A stretch of DNA of 64,000 nucleotides, taken from positions 1,728,001 through 1,792,000 of the forward strand of contig CBDCOZ010000003.1 in NCBI GenBank assembly GCA_965220085.1, in the 5' to 3' direction. How positions within the stretch are numbered: the first letter of the stretch is position 1; the number at the start of each line of letters is the position of its first letter. Below, piece by piece: positions 20,027-32,844 of this stretch. The stretch comes from Candidatus Oxydemutatoraceae bacterium. Its GTDB lineage: Bacteria > Pseudomonadota > Gammaproteobacteria > Poriferisulfidales > Oxydemutatoraceae. The notes beneath the pieces were generated by a model. That model was not told the DNA's origin. It saw nothing but the letters and a program-made list of their open reading frames with translations, and did not search any database. The translations under genes and the position numbers were made by a program.

Positions 20027-20865
20027 CCGCCGTGGCCAAAAAAGTTCGTTTGCAAGCGCGTACGATCGCCGCCGTGCGCCGGGAGATACGCGCATTAGCG
20101 CAAGCGGATGATGGCGACTGCCTGTTGTGCCACGCGCTCAGCAAAAGCCGCGCCTGGCTTTACACCCGCCCCGAAAGGCGCTTGAGCGATACCGAAAAAA
20201 GCAGGATTGAACGCGCGCTGGAATCGTCTCTTGCCGGCATGCCGATCGCATATTTGCGCGGACGCAAAGAATTCTTCTCGCTGGACTTGAAAGTCACCGC
20301 CGACACACTGATTCCCCGCCCCGAGACCGAGTTGTTGGTCGAGCGCGCGTTGCGCTGTCACAAACCCGGCTTGCGGGCGCTTGACCTGGGCACCGGTTGC
20401 GGCAACATCGCGCTGGCGCTCCGATCGCAGCGACCCGATTGGGCGATCACCGCGACCGACGTTTCGCAAGCCGCGCTCCGCATCGCGCAAGACAACGCGC
20501 AACGCCATCGCCTCGGCGACATCCGCTTCATCCAAAGCGATTGGTTCGCAGCGCTGAGCGGAACGTTTGACTTGATAGTCAGCAATCCGCCTTACATCGC
20601 CAAGGATGACCCGGATGTGGCGCCGCAAGTAGCGCAATACGAGCCCGCAACGGCGCTGTTTGCAAAAGACGACGGCCTGGCCTGCCTGCGCGAAATAATC
20701 GCTGCGGGGATCGGCTTCATGAAAGCCGATGCGCGACTGATAGTTGAGCACGGTCACCGCCAAGCAAGCGCGGTTCGCGCCATGATTGTCGCAGCCGGGT
20801 ATAAAGACTGCGAGCAACTCAGCGATGGCGCCGGGCATCCGCGCGTCGCGGTGGCCTGCGCCTGA
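20023..20865 (+). CDS. prmC: Release factor glutamine methyltransferase
   Basis: [21 protein letters not shown]. Confidence 0.95.
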   Translation: MTAVAKKVRLQARTIAAVRREIRALAQADDGDCLLCHALSKSRAWLYTRPERRLSDTEKSRIERALESSLAGMPIAYLRGRKEFFSLDLKVTADTLIPRPETELLVERALRCHKPGLRALDLGTGCGNIALALRSQRPDWAITATDVSQAALRIAQDNAQRHRLGDIRFIQSDWFAALSGTFDLIVSNPPYIAKDDPDVAPQVAQYEPATALFAKDDGLACLREIIAAGIGFMKADARLIVEHGHRQASAVRAMIVAAGYKDCEQLSDGAGHPRVAVACA

Positions 20866-22317
<1,452 letters not shown>

Positions 22318-22450
22318 AATGCTTTTGCTCCCTCCATAGTTTCCTGATAACCGCCGCGACCAAGCGCCGCCGGCAAGCCGCCCGAGCGGGCGGCTATGAT
22401 GGTTGCGATGGCAAGGGCGGCGACCGCCGCGGCTTGGAATACGAGCGCCG

Positions 22451-23920
22451 TCATTGCCAATCCCGCGGGTGTCGGCGATGCCAATTCGTCGCCTGTTGAT
22501 AGCTATGCGCGAGGCGCAATAGACGTTGCTCTTCAAAGTGCGGCGCGATCAACTGCATGCCAATCGGCAAGCCGTCGCTGAAACCGCTCGGAACCGACAT
22601 CGCCGGCAAACCCGCCATATTGACCGCCACCGTATAGATATCCGACATATACATCGCCACCGGGTCGGGCTTTTCGCCCAGTTGAAACGCCGTAGTCGGG
22701 GCGACCGGAGCGAGCAACACATCCGCCTTTTCAAACGCGGCGCTAAAGTCATCGCGTATCAAGCGCCGCGCCTTTTGCGCTTGCAGGTAATACGCATCGT
22801 AATAGCCCGAAGACAAGACATAGGTTCCGATCAGGATGCGGCGCTTGGCTTCGGCGCCGAACCCTTCGCCGCGGCTGCGCATATAGAGGTCTTCCAGATC
22901 GCGCGGGTTCTCGCAACGGTGGCCGTAACGCACGCCGTCGTAGCGCGCCAGGTTTGACGAGCACTCCGCCGATGCAATGATGTAATAGGCCGCGATTGCA
23001 AGCGATGTCGTTTCCAAGTCCGCTTCGATCACCTCACAGCCGCAATCTTCAAGCGCTTTGCGCGCATCTTTGAGCGCGCTGTCGATACCCTCATCGAGCT
23101 TGTCGTCAAAATGCTGATGCAAAATGCCGATGCGCAAACCTTTCGCATCGGCATCGATCTGCGCGGCATAGTCGGGCACCGCCCGCTCAACGCTCGTCGA
23201 ATCGCGCGCGTCAAAGCCGGCAATCTCACGCAACAGCAATGCGCAATCCAAAGCGCTGTGCCCGAACACACCGCCTTGATCAAGGCTGGAAGCATAGGCG
23301 ACCATCCCGTAGCGGGACACCCTGCCGTAAGTCGGCTTGATGCCGGTAACCCCGCAAAACGCCGCCGGCAGGCGGATCGAGCCGCCGGTGTCGGTGCCGG
23401 TCGCACAAGGCGCCAAACCGGCCGCTACCGCCGCCGCCGAACCGCCCGATGAGCCGCCGGCGACACAATCCGCCCGCCACGGGTTGCGCGCCGCGCCGTA
23501 AAAGCTGTTCTCGTTTGACGAGCCCATCGCAAATTCGTCCATATTGGTCTTCCCCAGCATCACCATTCCGCAAGCGTTCAGTTTTTCGGTCACCGTCGCA
23601 TCATAAGGAGAAACAAAATTGCGCAACATCCCGGAACCGCAACTCGTCAGAACCCCTTTGGCGCAGAACAAATCTTTGTGCGCATACGGAATTCCGGTCA
23701 AGGCTTTTGCGCCGCCGTCACGAAGCATTTTGTCGCAACGCCGCGCTTGCTCCAGCGCGCGCTCTTCGGCAACGGTGATAAAAGCGTTCAGCTCCCCGTT
23801 GCGGGAGGAAATACGATCCAAAAAGAAACGCGTCAGGTCGGCGCTGGATATCTCGCCGCTGTGCAAAGCGGACGATAATCCGGCCACGGAATGATTCAAA
23901 ATGTCGTCTGTTTCAATCAA
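22451..23920 (-). CDS. gatA: Asp/Glu-tRNA amidotransferase subunit A
   Basis: [30 protein letters not shown]. Confidence 0.97.
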   Translation of the reverse strand: MIETDDILNHSVAGLSSALHSGEISSADLTRFFLDRISSRNGELNAFITVAEERALEQARRCDKMLRDGGAKALTGIPYAHKDLFCAKGVLTSCGSGMLRNFVSPYDATVTEKLNACGMVMLGKTNMDEFAMGSSNENSFYGAARNPWRADCVAGGSSGGSAAAVAAGLAPCATGTDTGGSIRLPAAFCGVTGIKPTYGRVSRYGMVAYASSLDQGGVFGHSALDCALLLREIAGFDARDSTSVERAVPDYAAQIDADAKGLRIGILHQHFDDKLDEGIDSALKDARKALEDCGCEVIEADLETTSLAIAAYYIIASAECSSNLARYDGVRYGHRCENPRDLEDLYMRSRGEGFGAEAKRRILIGTYVLSSGYYDAYYLQAQKARRLIRDDFSAAFEKADVLLAPVAPTTAFQLGEKPDPVAMYMSDIYTVAVNMAGLPAMSVPSGFSDGLPIGMQLIAPHFEEQRLLRLAHSYQQATNWHRRHPRDWQ

Positions 23921-24194
23921 TTACTTTCGGCACCAGATAATAACCGTCGCGGCTGTCCGGAGCGGTTTGTTGAAAAGATTCGCGCTGATCATCCTCGGTG
24001 ACGACATCGGCGCGCAGACGCTGACAGATATCCAACGGGTGGGCCAGCGGCTCCGTCCCGCGCAAATCCGCCGCCGACAAGCGTTCGATGAAATGCAGGA
24101 TCTCCCCCAAATCCGCGCCGAGTTCGTCAAGCTCTTTGTCGCTGATATCAAGCCGCGCAAGCCGCGCCAGTTTTTTTACTTCCTCACGATTCAT
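23913..24194 (-). CDS. gatC: Asp/Glu-tRNA amidotransferase subunit C
   Basis: [10 protein letters not shown]...YLVPKVID. Confidence 0.95.
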   Translation of the reverse strand: MNREEVKKLARLARLDISDKELDELGADLGEILHFIERLSAADLRGTEPLAHPLDICQRLRADVVTEDDQRESFQQTAPDSRDGYYLVPKVID

Positions 24195-24279
24195 TTATCT
24201 TGTTATAATAGAGATATTGATAAGAGTAGTATGCCATAAACCGGTATCATACTCGGATTGCTTTTTTGAGGCTTGATAA

Positions 24280-25329
<1,050 letters not shown>

Positions 25330-25347
25330 CACGCAAGGAGAGCGGCC

Positions 25348-26190
25348 ATTAAAAAACTGTTCACTTTACACAGCCTGATACCGAAGCTGTTTTTGTTCTC
25401 ATCGCTCTCCGCAGGGTTGCTGATCCTTGACTACCGCTATCAATATCTGGAAGACACCCGCCGCTATCTGGCCAGCTTCGTCCAGCCGCTGCACTACCTC
25501 ATAAAATTGCCCAACGAAGGCGCGCACTTTCTCTATAACCACATCAGGAGCAACAACGAATTGATAGCCGAAAATGAGCGCTTGCGGCAGCAAAACCTCA
25601 GGATCGGGGCAAAACTCATGCAGACCCTTACATTGGAACATGAGAATTCGGTGTTGCGCGATCTGCTGCAATCGCCGCGCAAAAAGATAGAGCGCAGGGT
25701 GCTGGTCGCCGAATTGATAGGGGTCAGCCCGACCATGCTGGAACAAAAGATCATCATCAATAAGGGCGAAAGAGATCGGGTCTATCGCGATCAGCCGGTA
25801 CTCGATGCCAACGGCATCATCGGTCAGGTCACATCGGTTACGTATCTCAATGCGACTGTCACCCTGATATCCAATCCCGGCCATTCGCTGCTCGGTCAGA
25901 TCAATCGCTCGGGGGTCAGAGTTCTGGTCAGCGGCACCGGTAGCTCGGAGCGCCTTGAGTTAAATTACGTGCCGGTAGCCGCCAATGTTCGTGTCGGAGA
26001 CGAAGTCTTCGCATCGGGTCTGGGAGACCGCTTCCCGGCGGGCTATCCGGTAGCGACCATTACCGACATCAAAAAAGAAGACGGCGATATATTTTCAACC
26101 GTCTATGCAAAACCGACCGCAAACCTGGGCTACAGCTACCAAATGTTGCTCGTGTGGCCCGATGAAAATGATATAGGACAACTGCCATGA
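25348..26190 (+). CDS. mreC: Rod shape-determining protein MreC (probable ATT start)
   Basis: N-terminal TM, coiled coil ENERLRQ, IIINKG, GIIGQV, SGLGDRFPAGYPV; SD AAGGAG precedes an in-frame ATT. Confidence 0.9.
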   Translation: MKKLFTLHSLIPKLFLFSSLSAGLLILDYRYQYLEDTRRYLASFVQPLHYLIKLPNEGAHFLYNHIRSNNELIAENERLRQQNLRIGAKLMQTLTLEHENSVLRDLLQSPRKKIERRVLVAELIGVSPTMLEQKIIINKGERDRVYRDQPVLDANGIIGQVTSVTYLNATVTLISNPGHSLLGQINRSGVRVLVSGTGSSERLELNYVPVAANVRVGDEVFASGLGDRFPAGYPVATITDIKKEDGDIFSTVYAKPTANLGYSYQMLLVWPDENDIGQLP

Positions 26191-26693
26191 GAGCCAAATC
26201 AAGCTATGAAAAAAGAATCTTTTCTCTGGTGGTGACCACCACGCTCTTTGCCATCCTGCTCAGTATCCTGCCGTCCCGCTGGGCGCACATCTACTGGCCG
26301 GACTGGACGCTGCTGACCGTCATCTACTGGTGTCTTGCGATACCGTCAAAAGTCAATATCAGGTACGCTTGGGCGACCGGCATCTTGGCGGATTTATTAC
26401 AGTCGTCGCTGCTCGGCTACCACGCCTTGTTCTATACCGCAGCCGCTTATATCGCGAGTTCTTTCCACCAACGCATCCGCCTTTACCCGCCGCACCAGCA
26501 AGTCATTCCGATATTTCTTATGCTGCTGTTGTGCAAGATTATCGAGATATGGATTAACGGCATGGTCTATTCTTTCATGACCCCCCGCTGGGAAGACATG
26601 ATTCCGGTACTGACCGGCATGCTGGCTTGGCCGTGGATTTTTGCGATGCTGCGCCACCTGCGTCAGAAAATCTATTTGACCGAACAGGGGTAA
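26187..26693 (+). CDS. mreD: Rod shape-determining protein MreD
   Basis: Hydrophobic; PDW..L..IYW, G...DLL..SLLG. Confidence 0.92.
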   Translation: MRAKSSYEKRIFSLVVTTTLFAILLSILPSRWAHIYWPDWTLLTVIYWCLAIPSKVNIRYAWATGILADLLQSSLLGYHALFYTAAAYIASSFHQRIRLYPPHQQVIPIFLMLLLCKIIEIWINGMVYSFMTPRWEDMIPVLTGMLAWPWIFAMLRHLRQKIYLTEQG

Positions 26694-27063
26694 GCGACAG
26701 GCGCGCCGCAAGAAGCGGCGAGCGTCAGAAAATCTGCTTGACCGAACAGGGGCAAGCGACAGGCGCGCCGCAAGAAGCGGCGAGCGTCAGAAAATCTGCT
26801 TGACCGAACAAGGGTAAGCGACAAGCACACCGCAAGAAGCGGCGAGCGTCAGAAAATCTGCTTGACCGAACAGGGGCAAGCGACAGGCACACCGCAAGAA
26901 GCGGCGAGCGTCAGAAAATCTATTTGACCGAACAGGGGCAAGCGACAGGCACACCGCAAGAAGCGATGAGCGTCAGAGAACCTATTTGACCGAACAAGGG
27001 CAAGCGACAGGCACACCGCAAGAAGCGGCGAGCGTCAGAGAACCTATTTGACCGAACAGGGGT
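26660..27063. repeat. Tandem repeat, 62-bp unit, about 6.5 copies, between convergent mreD and pheA
   Basis: CGTCAGA at 26661, 26723, 26785, 26847, 26909, 26971 and 27033. Confidence 0.96.
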
Positions 27064-28129
27064 AGGAGCCGAGTAACTTATAAAAACTCGCCTTCTGCGC
27101 CAACTCATCCAGACCGCGCGCAACCTTCCCATCGTCACAATGTCCCGCAATATCAAGGAAGAACAAGTATTCCCAGTTCGCCGTGTGCGCGGGCCTTGAC
27201 TCAATCCGGGTCAGGCTGAGGCCTTGCTCGGACAGGGTCCGTAGCAACTCCGCCAACACCCCCGGGCGGTTATGCGCCGAGACGATAACACTGGTTTTAT
27301 CGCAACCGCTGGCCGCCACGCCCTGTTTTCCGATAACCAGAAAGCGGGTGGTATTATTCGGGTGATCCTCAATGTTTTCTGCGATCACAGGCAGCGCTTC
27401 GGATTCGGCGACCACCTTGCCGGCTATCGCAACCGCCCCGCTTTCCTGCGCCGCCTTTTGCGCCGCCAGCCCGTTGCTCTCCACACCGACTCTGTCGCAA
27501 TGCGCGAGATGTGCGGCCAGCCAACCGCGACACTGTGCCAGAGATTGCTGGTGCGCATAGACCGTTTTTACCGCCTGCAAATCCCGCTCCTTGCCGAGCA
27601 GGCAGTGGCTTATTCGCAGCTCCACCTCGCCGACAATACGCAGCGGGGAAGACACAAAACAATCCAGTGTGCCCGTGACCGCGCCCTCGCTGGAGTTCTC
27701 AATCGGCACCACGCCATAATCGGATTCCCCGACTTCCACCGAGCGAAACACTTCCTCTATCGCAGACTGCCCCCGGCATGCAATGGAATGACCGAACTGA
27801 TGAAATACCGCCTCCATCGTAAAGGTCCCCCGCGGCCCCAAGAAAGACACGGTGGTCTTGCGCTCCAAGGCGCGACACGCGGACATAATCTCCCGGAACA
27901 CAGCAACGATCGAAGCATCCTGTAACAGACCTTTGTCCCGCTTCAACAACTCGCGCAAATGGCTCGTCTCGCGCGCCGGGCAATACACTTCGCCGGCGGG
28001 GTTGTCGGCTTCCTTCAGCCGACCGATATGGCGCGCAAGATCCGCCCGCTGCTTGAGAAGCTCGAGCAAGCGCAAATCAACCGCGTCTATCTGTGCGCGC
28101 ACATTTTTAATGTCATCCTTATCGCTCAT
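27044..28129 (-). CDS. pheA: Chorismate mutase/prephenate dehydratase (P-protein)
   Basis: RAQIDAVD, FLGPRGTF, PIENSSEG, NTTRF, IESRP, LGSYP. Confidence 0.96.
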   Translation of the reverse strand: MSDKDDIKNVRAQIDAVDLRLLELLKQRADLARHIGRLKEADNPAGEVYCPARETSHLRELLKRDKGLLQDASIVAVFREIMSACRALERKTTVSFLGPRGTFTMEAVFHQFGHSIACRGQSAIEEVFRSVEVGESDYGVVPIENSSEGAVTGTLDCFVSSPLRIVGEVELRISHCLLGKERDLQAVKTVYAHQQSLAQCRGWLAAHLAHCDRVGVESNGLAAQKAAQESGAVAIAGKVVAESEALPVIAENIEDHPNNTTRFLVIGKQGVAASGCDKTSVIVSAHNRPGVLAELLRTLSEQGLSLTRIESRPAHTANWEYLFFLDIAGHCDDGKVARGLDELAQKASFYKLLGSYPCSVK

Positions 28130-29199
28130 CCTATCGTCCTTTCAAATTCTCGCATAAACATTTCCAGCGCTCTGGCGCCCTCCGCCGGCATACCATTGTA
28201 TAAGCTCGCGCGAATACCGCCGGTCGCGCTATGTCCGCGCAAGCCCAGCAAGCCCTGTTCCTCGGCGCGGTCAAGAAACATCGTTTCCAGTTCACGCGGC
28301 TTGATGCGAAAAAATATATTAACCCGAGAACGACAATCCGTATGCACGGGACTCTCATACAGGTCCGACTCGTCTATACATGCATAAATCAGCCGGCTTC
28401 TGTCTGCGCTCCGCCGATACATCTCTTCCACACCGCCCTCCTCTTTGATCCACTCCAGTACCAAACCGCACACATACCACGACAAGACCGCCGGCGTACC
28501 GTAGCGGGAACCGGCATCGGCCTGAACCGCATAATCATAAATCAAAGGCGTTTCGGGCTGCGCCCGTCCGATTCTATCACGCGCCGCGATAACGATAGTC
28601 ACCCCGGCGATGCCGGCATTCTTCTGCGCCGCCGCATAGATCAAGCTGTGGCGCCGGATATCCGTCGGTTGCGTGAGCAAACTTGAGGTCATATCGCCGA
28701 CCAGACTGCCGTCGGCAATCGCGGCGGGGGAAAACTCAACTCCGGTCAGGGTCTCGTTGGACACGTAGTGGGTATAAGCGGCATCGCCGGCAAGCTGCCA
28801 CTGCGTCTGCGGGGGCAAGGACCACAGCCGGCTTGCATCGGCGCGCGCCGCAACCGTCACCGGAATATAGCTGCGCGCCTGTTTGATAGCGCACGACGAC
28901 CAATAACCGGTATCAAAGTAATTGGCGCCGCGGCGCTCGCCGTCCAGATTCATCGGCACCGCAAAATACTGCGCGCGCGCCCCCCCCGGCATGAACAAGA
29001 CCGCATACTCGGGCGGAATGTCCAGCAACTCCCGCAAATTGCGTTCGCAATCCTCTGCAATCACATCAAACTCGGGCGTACGGTGCCCCAGTTCCGGCAA
29101 GGGGATCTTGCGGCTCGCGTTCAATTCGCGGTTGAGGCGTTCGCGCACCGCCGACGGCAGCGCCGCGGGGCCTGCGGAATAGTTATAGGCGCCGGCCAT
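28126..29199 (-). CDS. serC: Phosphoserine aminotransferase
   Basis: YNYSAGPA, TGYWS, NET, DMTSS, AQKN. Confidence 0.95.
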   Translation of the reverse strand: MAGAYNYSAGPAALPSAVRERLNRELNASRKIPLPELGHRTPEFDVIAEDCERNLRELLDIPPEYAVLFMPGGARAQYFAVPMNLDGERRGANYFDTGYWSSCAIKQARSYIPVTVAARADASRLWSLPPQTQWQLAGDAAYTHYVSNETLTGVEFSPAAIADGSLVGDMTSSLLTQPTDIRRHSLIYAAAQKNAGIAGVTIVIAARDRIGRAQPETPLIYDYAVQADAGSRYGTPAVLSWYVCGLVLEWIKEEGGVEEMYRRSADRSRLIYACIDESDLYESPVHTDCRSRVNIFFRIKPRELETMFLDRAEEQGLLGLRGHSATGGIRASLYNGMPAEGARALEMFMREFERTIG

Positions 29200-29233
29200 A
29201 CCCGTATTTTCTTACGCGTCCGACGCGCGCCAA

Positions 29234-31813
29234 TTAATCGTCGGCCGGCTCGCCACCTTCGGCATCCTCTTCGTCTTTGCCTTTCGCGATGCGAACAAAC
29301 TTTGACAGTTTTTCCCCGTCGCGCAGCCGGATCAAGCGCACCCCTTTGGTGCGGCGGCCGACAATGGGAACGCTATCCGCCGGCGCGCGCACCAAGGTGC
29401 CGCCGTCGGTAATCAACATCACCTCATCGTCATCGTCCGCCGGTTGCGCGCCGATAACATCCCCGTTGCGCTCTTCGGTGCGAATCCCGATGACACCCAA
29501 ACTGCCCCGCTTGCGCGCCGGAAACTCATCCGCTTGGGTGCGTTTGCCATAGCCATTGACTGTCGCCAGCATGATCGTTTTATCCGACTGATCGGGCGCA
29601 AGACATATCAAAGAAATGGCCCGCTGTCCCTCTTGCAGACGTATGCCCCGGACACCGGCGGCGGCGCGTCCGAGCGAACGCAACTCGCTCTCCGCAAAGC
29701 GATTGACCCGCCCCGTGTCGTTGCACAGAAAAATATCATAGTTGCCGTCGGTAATCGCCGCGCCTATCAGCTGATCGCCGTCGCGCAATGTCAGCGCGCG
29801 AATGCCGTTACTGCGCGGCTTTGAAAACCCGCTCAAAGCGGTGCGCTTAATCGTGCCGTCTTTGGTCGCGAGGATAACCGACAGATCTTCGGCAAACTCG
29901 CGGATCGGCAACACCGTCGTAATCCGCTCATTGTCATCCAGCCTGAGAAGATTGACCAACGGACGGCCTCTGGCGGTGCGCCCGGCGCGCGGCACACGGT
30001 ACACCTTGAGCCAATGTACCTTGCCCAGCGACGAGAAGCACAACAGCATGTCGTGCGTCTTGGCGACAAACAGCGTATCGACAAAATCTTCGTCTTTGAC
30101 GGTCGTGGCGACCTTGCCTTTGCCGCCGCGCTTCTGTACGCGGTAGGTATCCAACTCCTGCGACTTGATATAACCGGCGTGGGACACGGTGACCACCACT
30201 TCCTCATCCGCGATGAAATCCTCGTCGGTCATCTCGACGGCCTCGTCAGATATCTCGGTGCGGCGCGGGTCGGCATACTGTTCCTTGATTTCCGCCAACT
30301 CGGCGCATATCACCGCCATCAAACGGTCGGGGTTTGACAGTATTTCAATATACTCAAGAATTTTGGCGGTCAGATCCTTATAGCCATCGACGATCTTGTC
30401 CTGCTCGAGCGAAGTCAGGCGGTGTAAGCGCAGATCGAGTATCGCCTGCGCCTGCATCGGCGACAGACGATACGCGCCGTCGCGCAAACCCAAATCCGCC
30501 GCCGCATCGTCGGGACGGGTCATATCGCTATCGGCTCGCTCGAGCAACTTCTCAACGATGCCGGGCTGCCACGGCTTGGCGATCAAAGCGACCTTGGCCT
30601 CGGCCGGATTCTTGGAGGCTTTGATCAGCGCGATCACTTCATCGATGTTCGCGAGCGCGACCGCTTGCCCCTCAAGGATATGCGCCTTCTCCTTGGTCTT
30701 GCGCAAATCAAACAGCGTTCGCCGCGTGACCACGCTGCGGCGATGACGAACGAACGCGTTGATGGCCTCGCGCAGGTTGATCAGCTTGGGCTGCCTCGCG
30801 TCCAACGCAACCATATTGATGCTGAACGAAGTCTGCAACTGGGTCTGGTGATACAGATTATTCAGCGCCACATCGCTCGGCTCGTCGCGCTTTAAGGCAA
30901 TGACCATCCGCATCCCGTCCTTGTCCGATTCGTCGCGCAACTCGGCGATACCTTCGATCTTCTTGGTCTTCACCAACTCGGCGACCCTCTCTACTAAGCG
31001 CGCCTTATTGACCATATACGGCAGCTCGGTAACGATAATCATCTCGCGCCCGCTCCGCTTCTCGGTCTCGACATGCGCGCGCGCCCGCACCACCACCCGT
31101 CCGCGCCCGCTCTCATACGCATCGTATATGCCGCGCCGTCCTTTGATGATGGCGGCGGTCGGGAAGTCCGGTCCGGGCAGGTGTTCGATCAGTTCGGCGG
31201 TCGTGATATCGGGGTTCTTGATCAAGGCGAGCGTCGCATCGATGACCTCGCCAAGATTATGCGGCGGAATATTGGTCGCCATCCCGACCGCGATGCCCGA
31301 CGAACCATTGACCAAAAGATTCGGCACTCTGGTCGGCAGCAACTCCGGTTCGTGCTCGGAATTATCATAATTCGGAATGAAATCGACCGTCTCCTTATCC
31401 AGATCGGCGAGCAATTCGTGCGTGATCTTTGCCATCCGCACCTCGGTATAGCGCATGGCCGCCGGCGCGTCGCCGTCAACCGAGCCGAAGTTGCCCTGCC
31501 CGTCAACCAGCATATAGCGCAGAGAGAACGGTTGCGCCATCCGCACAATCGTGTCATACACCGCCGTATCCCCGTGCGGGTGATACTTGCCGATAACATC
31601 GCCGACAACCCGCGCGGACTTTTTATACGGTTTGTTCCAATCGTTATTAAGGACATTCATCGCGTAGAGAACGCGCCGATGCACCGGCTTGAGACCGTCG
31701 CAAATATCCGGCAATGCGCGGCCGATGATGACGCTCATCGCATAGTCCAGATAGGACTTGCGCATCTCGTCTTCTATATTGATTAAGAGGATCTCTTTCG
31801 CATGCTCTGCCAT
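29234..31813 (-). CDS. gyrA: DNA gyrase subunit A
   Basis: [24 protein letters not shown], GyrA-box QKRGGKG. Confidence 0.99.
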   Translation of the reverse strand: MAEHAKEILLINIEDEMRKSYLDYAMSVIIGRALPDICDGLKPVHRRVLYAMNVLNNDWNKPYKKSARVVGDVIGKYHPHGDTAVYDTIVRMAQPFSLRYMLVDGQGNFGSVDGDAPAAMRYTEVRMAKITHELLADLDKETVDFIPNYDNSEHEPELLPTRVPNLLVNGSSGIAVGMATNIPPHNLGEVIDATLALIKNPDITTAELIEHLPGPDFPTAAIIKGRRGIYDAYESGRGRVVVRARAHVETEKRSGREMIIVTELPYMVNKARLVERVAELVKTKKIEGIAELRDESDKDGMRMVIALKRDEPSDVALNNLYHQTQLQTSFSINMVALDARQPKLINLREAINAFVRHRRSVVTRRTLFDLRKTKEKAHILEGQAVALANIDEVIALIKASKNPAEAKVALIAKPWQPGIVEKLLERADSDMTRPDDAAADLGLRDGAYRLSPMQAQAILDLRLHRLTSLEQDKIVDGYKDLTAKILEYIEILSNPDRLMAVICAELAEIKEQYADPRRTEISDEAVEMTDEDFIADEEVVVTVSHAGYIKSQELDTYRVQKRGGKGKVATTVKDEDFVDTLFVAKTHDMLLCFSSLGKVHWLKVYRVPRAGRTARGRPLVNLLRLDDNERITTVLPIREFAEDLSVILATKDGTIKRTALSGFSKPRSNGIRALTLRDGDQLIGAAITDGNYDIFLCNDTGRVNRFAESELRSLGRAAAGVRGIRLQEGQRAISLICLAPDQSDKTIMLATVNGYGKRTQADEFPARKRGSLGVIGIRTEERNGDVIGAQPADDDDEVMLITDGGTLVRAPADSVPIVGRRTKGVRLIRLRDGEKLSKFVRIAKGKDEEDAEGGEPADD

Positions 31814-31992
31814 TTCGCAGACCTTAATTTATGAGGGGTTACAAACAGAATTTAACAGTAAAATAATGTCTTGTATTTTACCACGCTATGCCCCCTTTTT
31901 GCGCAAAAAAAGAGAGGTATTTTGCTTCCGTTCGTCGCCCTTTTCAGACCCTTCGGCCCCCTGCCCCGCCAAGCGGATGACAGCGGCGCAAA

Positions 31993-32811
31993 TCAGGGTC
32001 GGAAATAGTCAAGTTTGAGCGCAAAAATCTGATCCCAATTTTTGCCTGTGACGAGCAAATCCCGCTCCTTCTCCCGCCACGCAAGACCGTTGGCCACCCC
32101 CCGTTGCCCTCTGCACAGCGGGGCAATATCAATCTGAGCGACGACCTTGCCGCTGCGCTCATCGATGGCGATGATGCGACACTGCTGCCAGACATTGGCA
32201 AATATCGTTCCGTTCACCCACTCCAACTCGTTCAATCGCGCGCGCGGCTTGCCGCCTTCTGTCACCGTCAGGCGCTTCAACTCAAGAAAGTTATCGGCGG
32301 AACGAAAAATCAATTCGGACGAACCGTTGCTCATGAGCAGATGCTTGCCATTGTGGGTCAGCCCCCAGCCCTCGCCGTAATACTTCGCCGTTTTGCGCAG
32401 CATCAGGGTAGTCGGGTCATACATCCGCACTTCGCCGGCGCGCCACGTCAACTGATATATGAGACCGTCAAAAACGGTCGCCCCTTCGCCGAACAGGCGA
32501 TCGGGCAATGTGCGCTCGCGCAACACTTTGCCGCTTGCCAAATCCATGATCGCCAAAGCCGACTTGCCGTAGCGACCGACGCTCTCGATTAAATAACCCT
32601 TGTCGCCGATGACAAGACCTTGCGTAAAAGCGCTCGTGCGGTGAGGGAAAGTCTCGCTCACTTCGTAAGCGAGCAACGGCGCCTCGCTATCGGCGGCGGC
32701 ATATCCGCCGCATGCGCAAACGGCCGGCGCCGCAAGCATAAATGCCCGCGCCGCGCGTCTTAATTGAAATAGCGGCGAACGGTTTGTCGCTTTGCGGGAT
32801 GTATCGTGCAT
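31993..32811 (-). CDS. Glutaminyl-peptide cyclotransferase (type I, beta-propeller)
   Basis: FTQGL, FGEG, QLTW, EGWG, LNELE, ANG, TGKNW; start uncertain (32811 or 32739). Confidence 0.88.
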   Translation of the reverse strand: MHDTSRKATNRSPLFQLRRAARAFMLAAPAVCACGGYAAADSEAPLLAYEVSETFPHRTSAFTQGLVIGDKGYLIESVGRYGKSALAIMDLASGKVLRERTLPDRLFGEGATVFDGLIYQLTWRAGEVRMYDPTTLMLRKTAKYYGEGWGLTHNGKHLLMSNGSSELIFRSADNFLELKRLTVTEGGKPRARLNELEWVNGTIFANVWQQCRIIAIDERSGKVVAQIDIAPLCRGQRGVANGLAWREKERDLLVTGKNWDQIFALKLDYFRP

Positions 32812-32844
32812 AATGAACAGATTATATATGTAACTATTCGGGCA

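Noticed and set aside
26660-27063. CRISPR array (33-bp and 29-bp alternation with a ~62-bp period)
   Set aside because: The spacer-like parts are near-identical, the repeat is the coding end of mreD/pheA, and there are no cas genes or leader.
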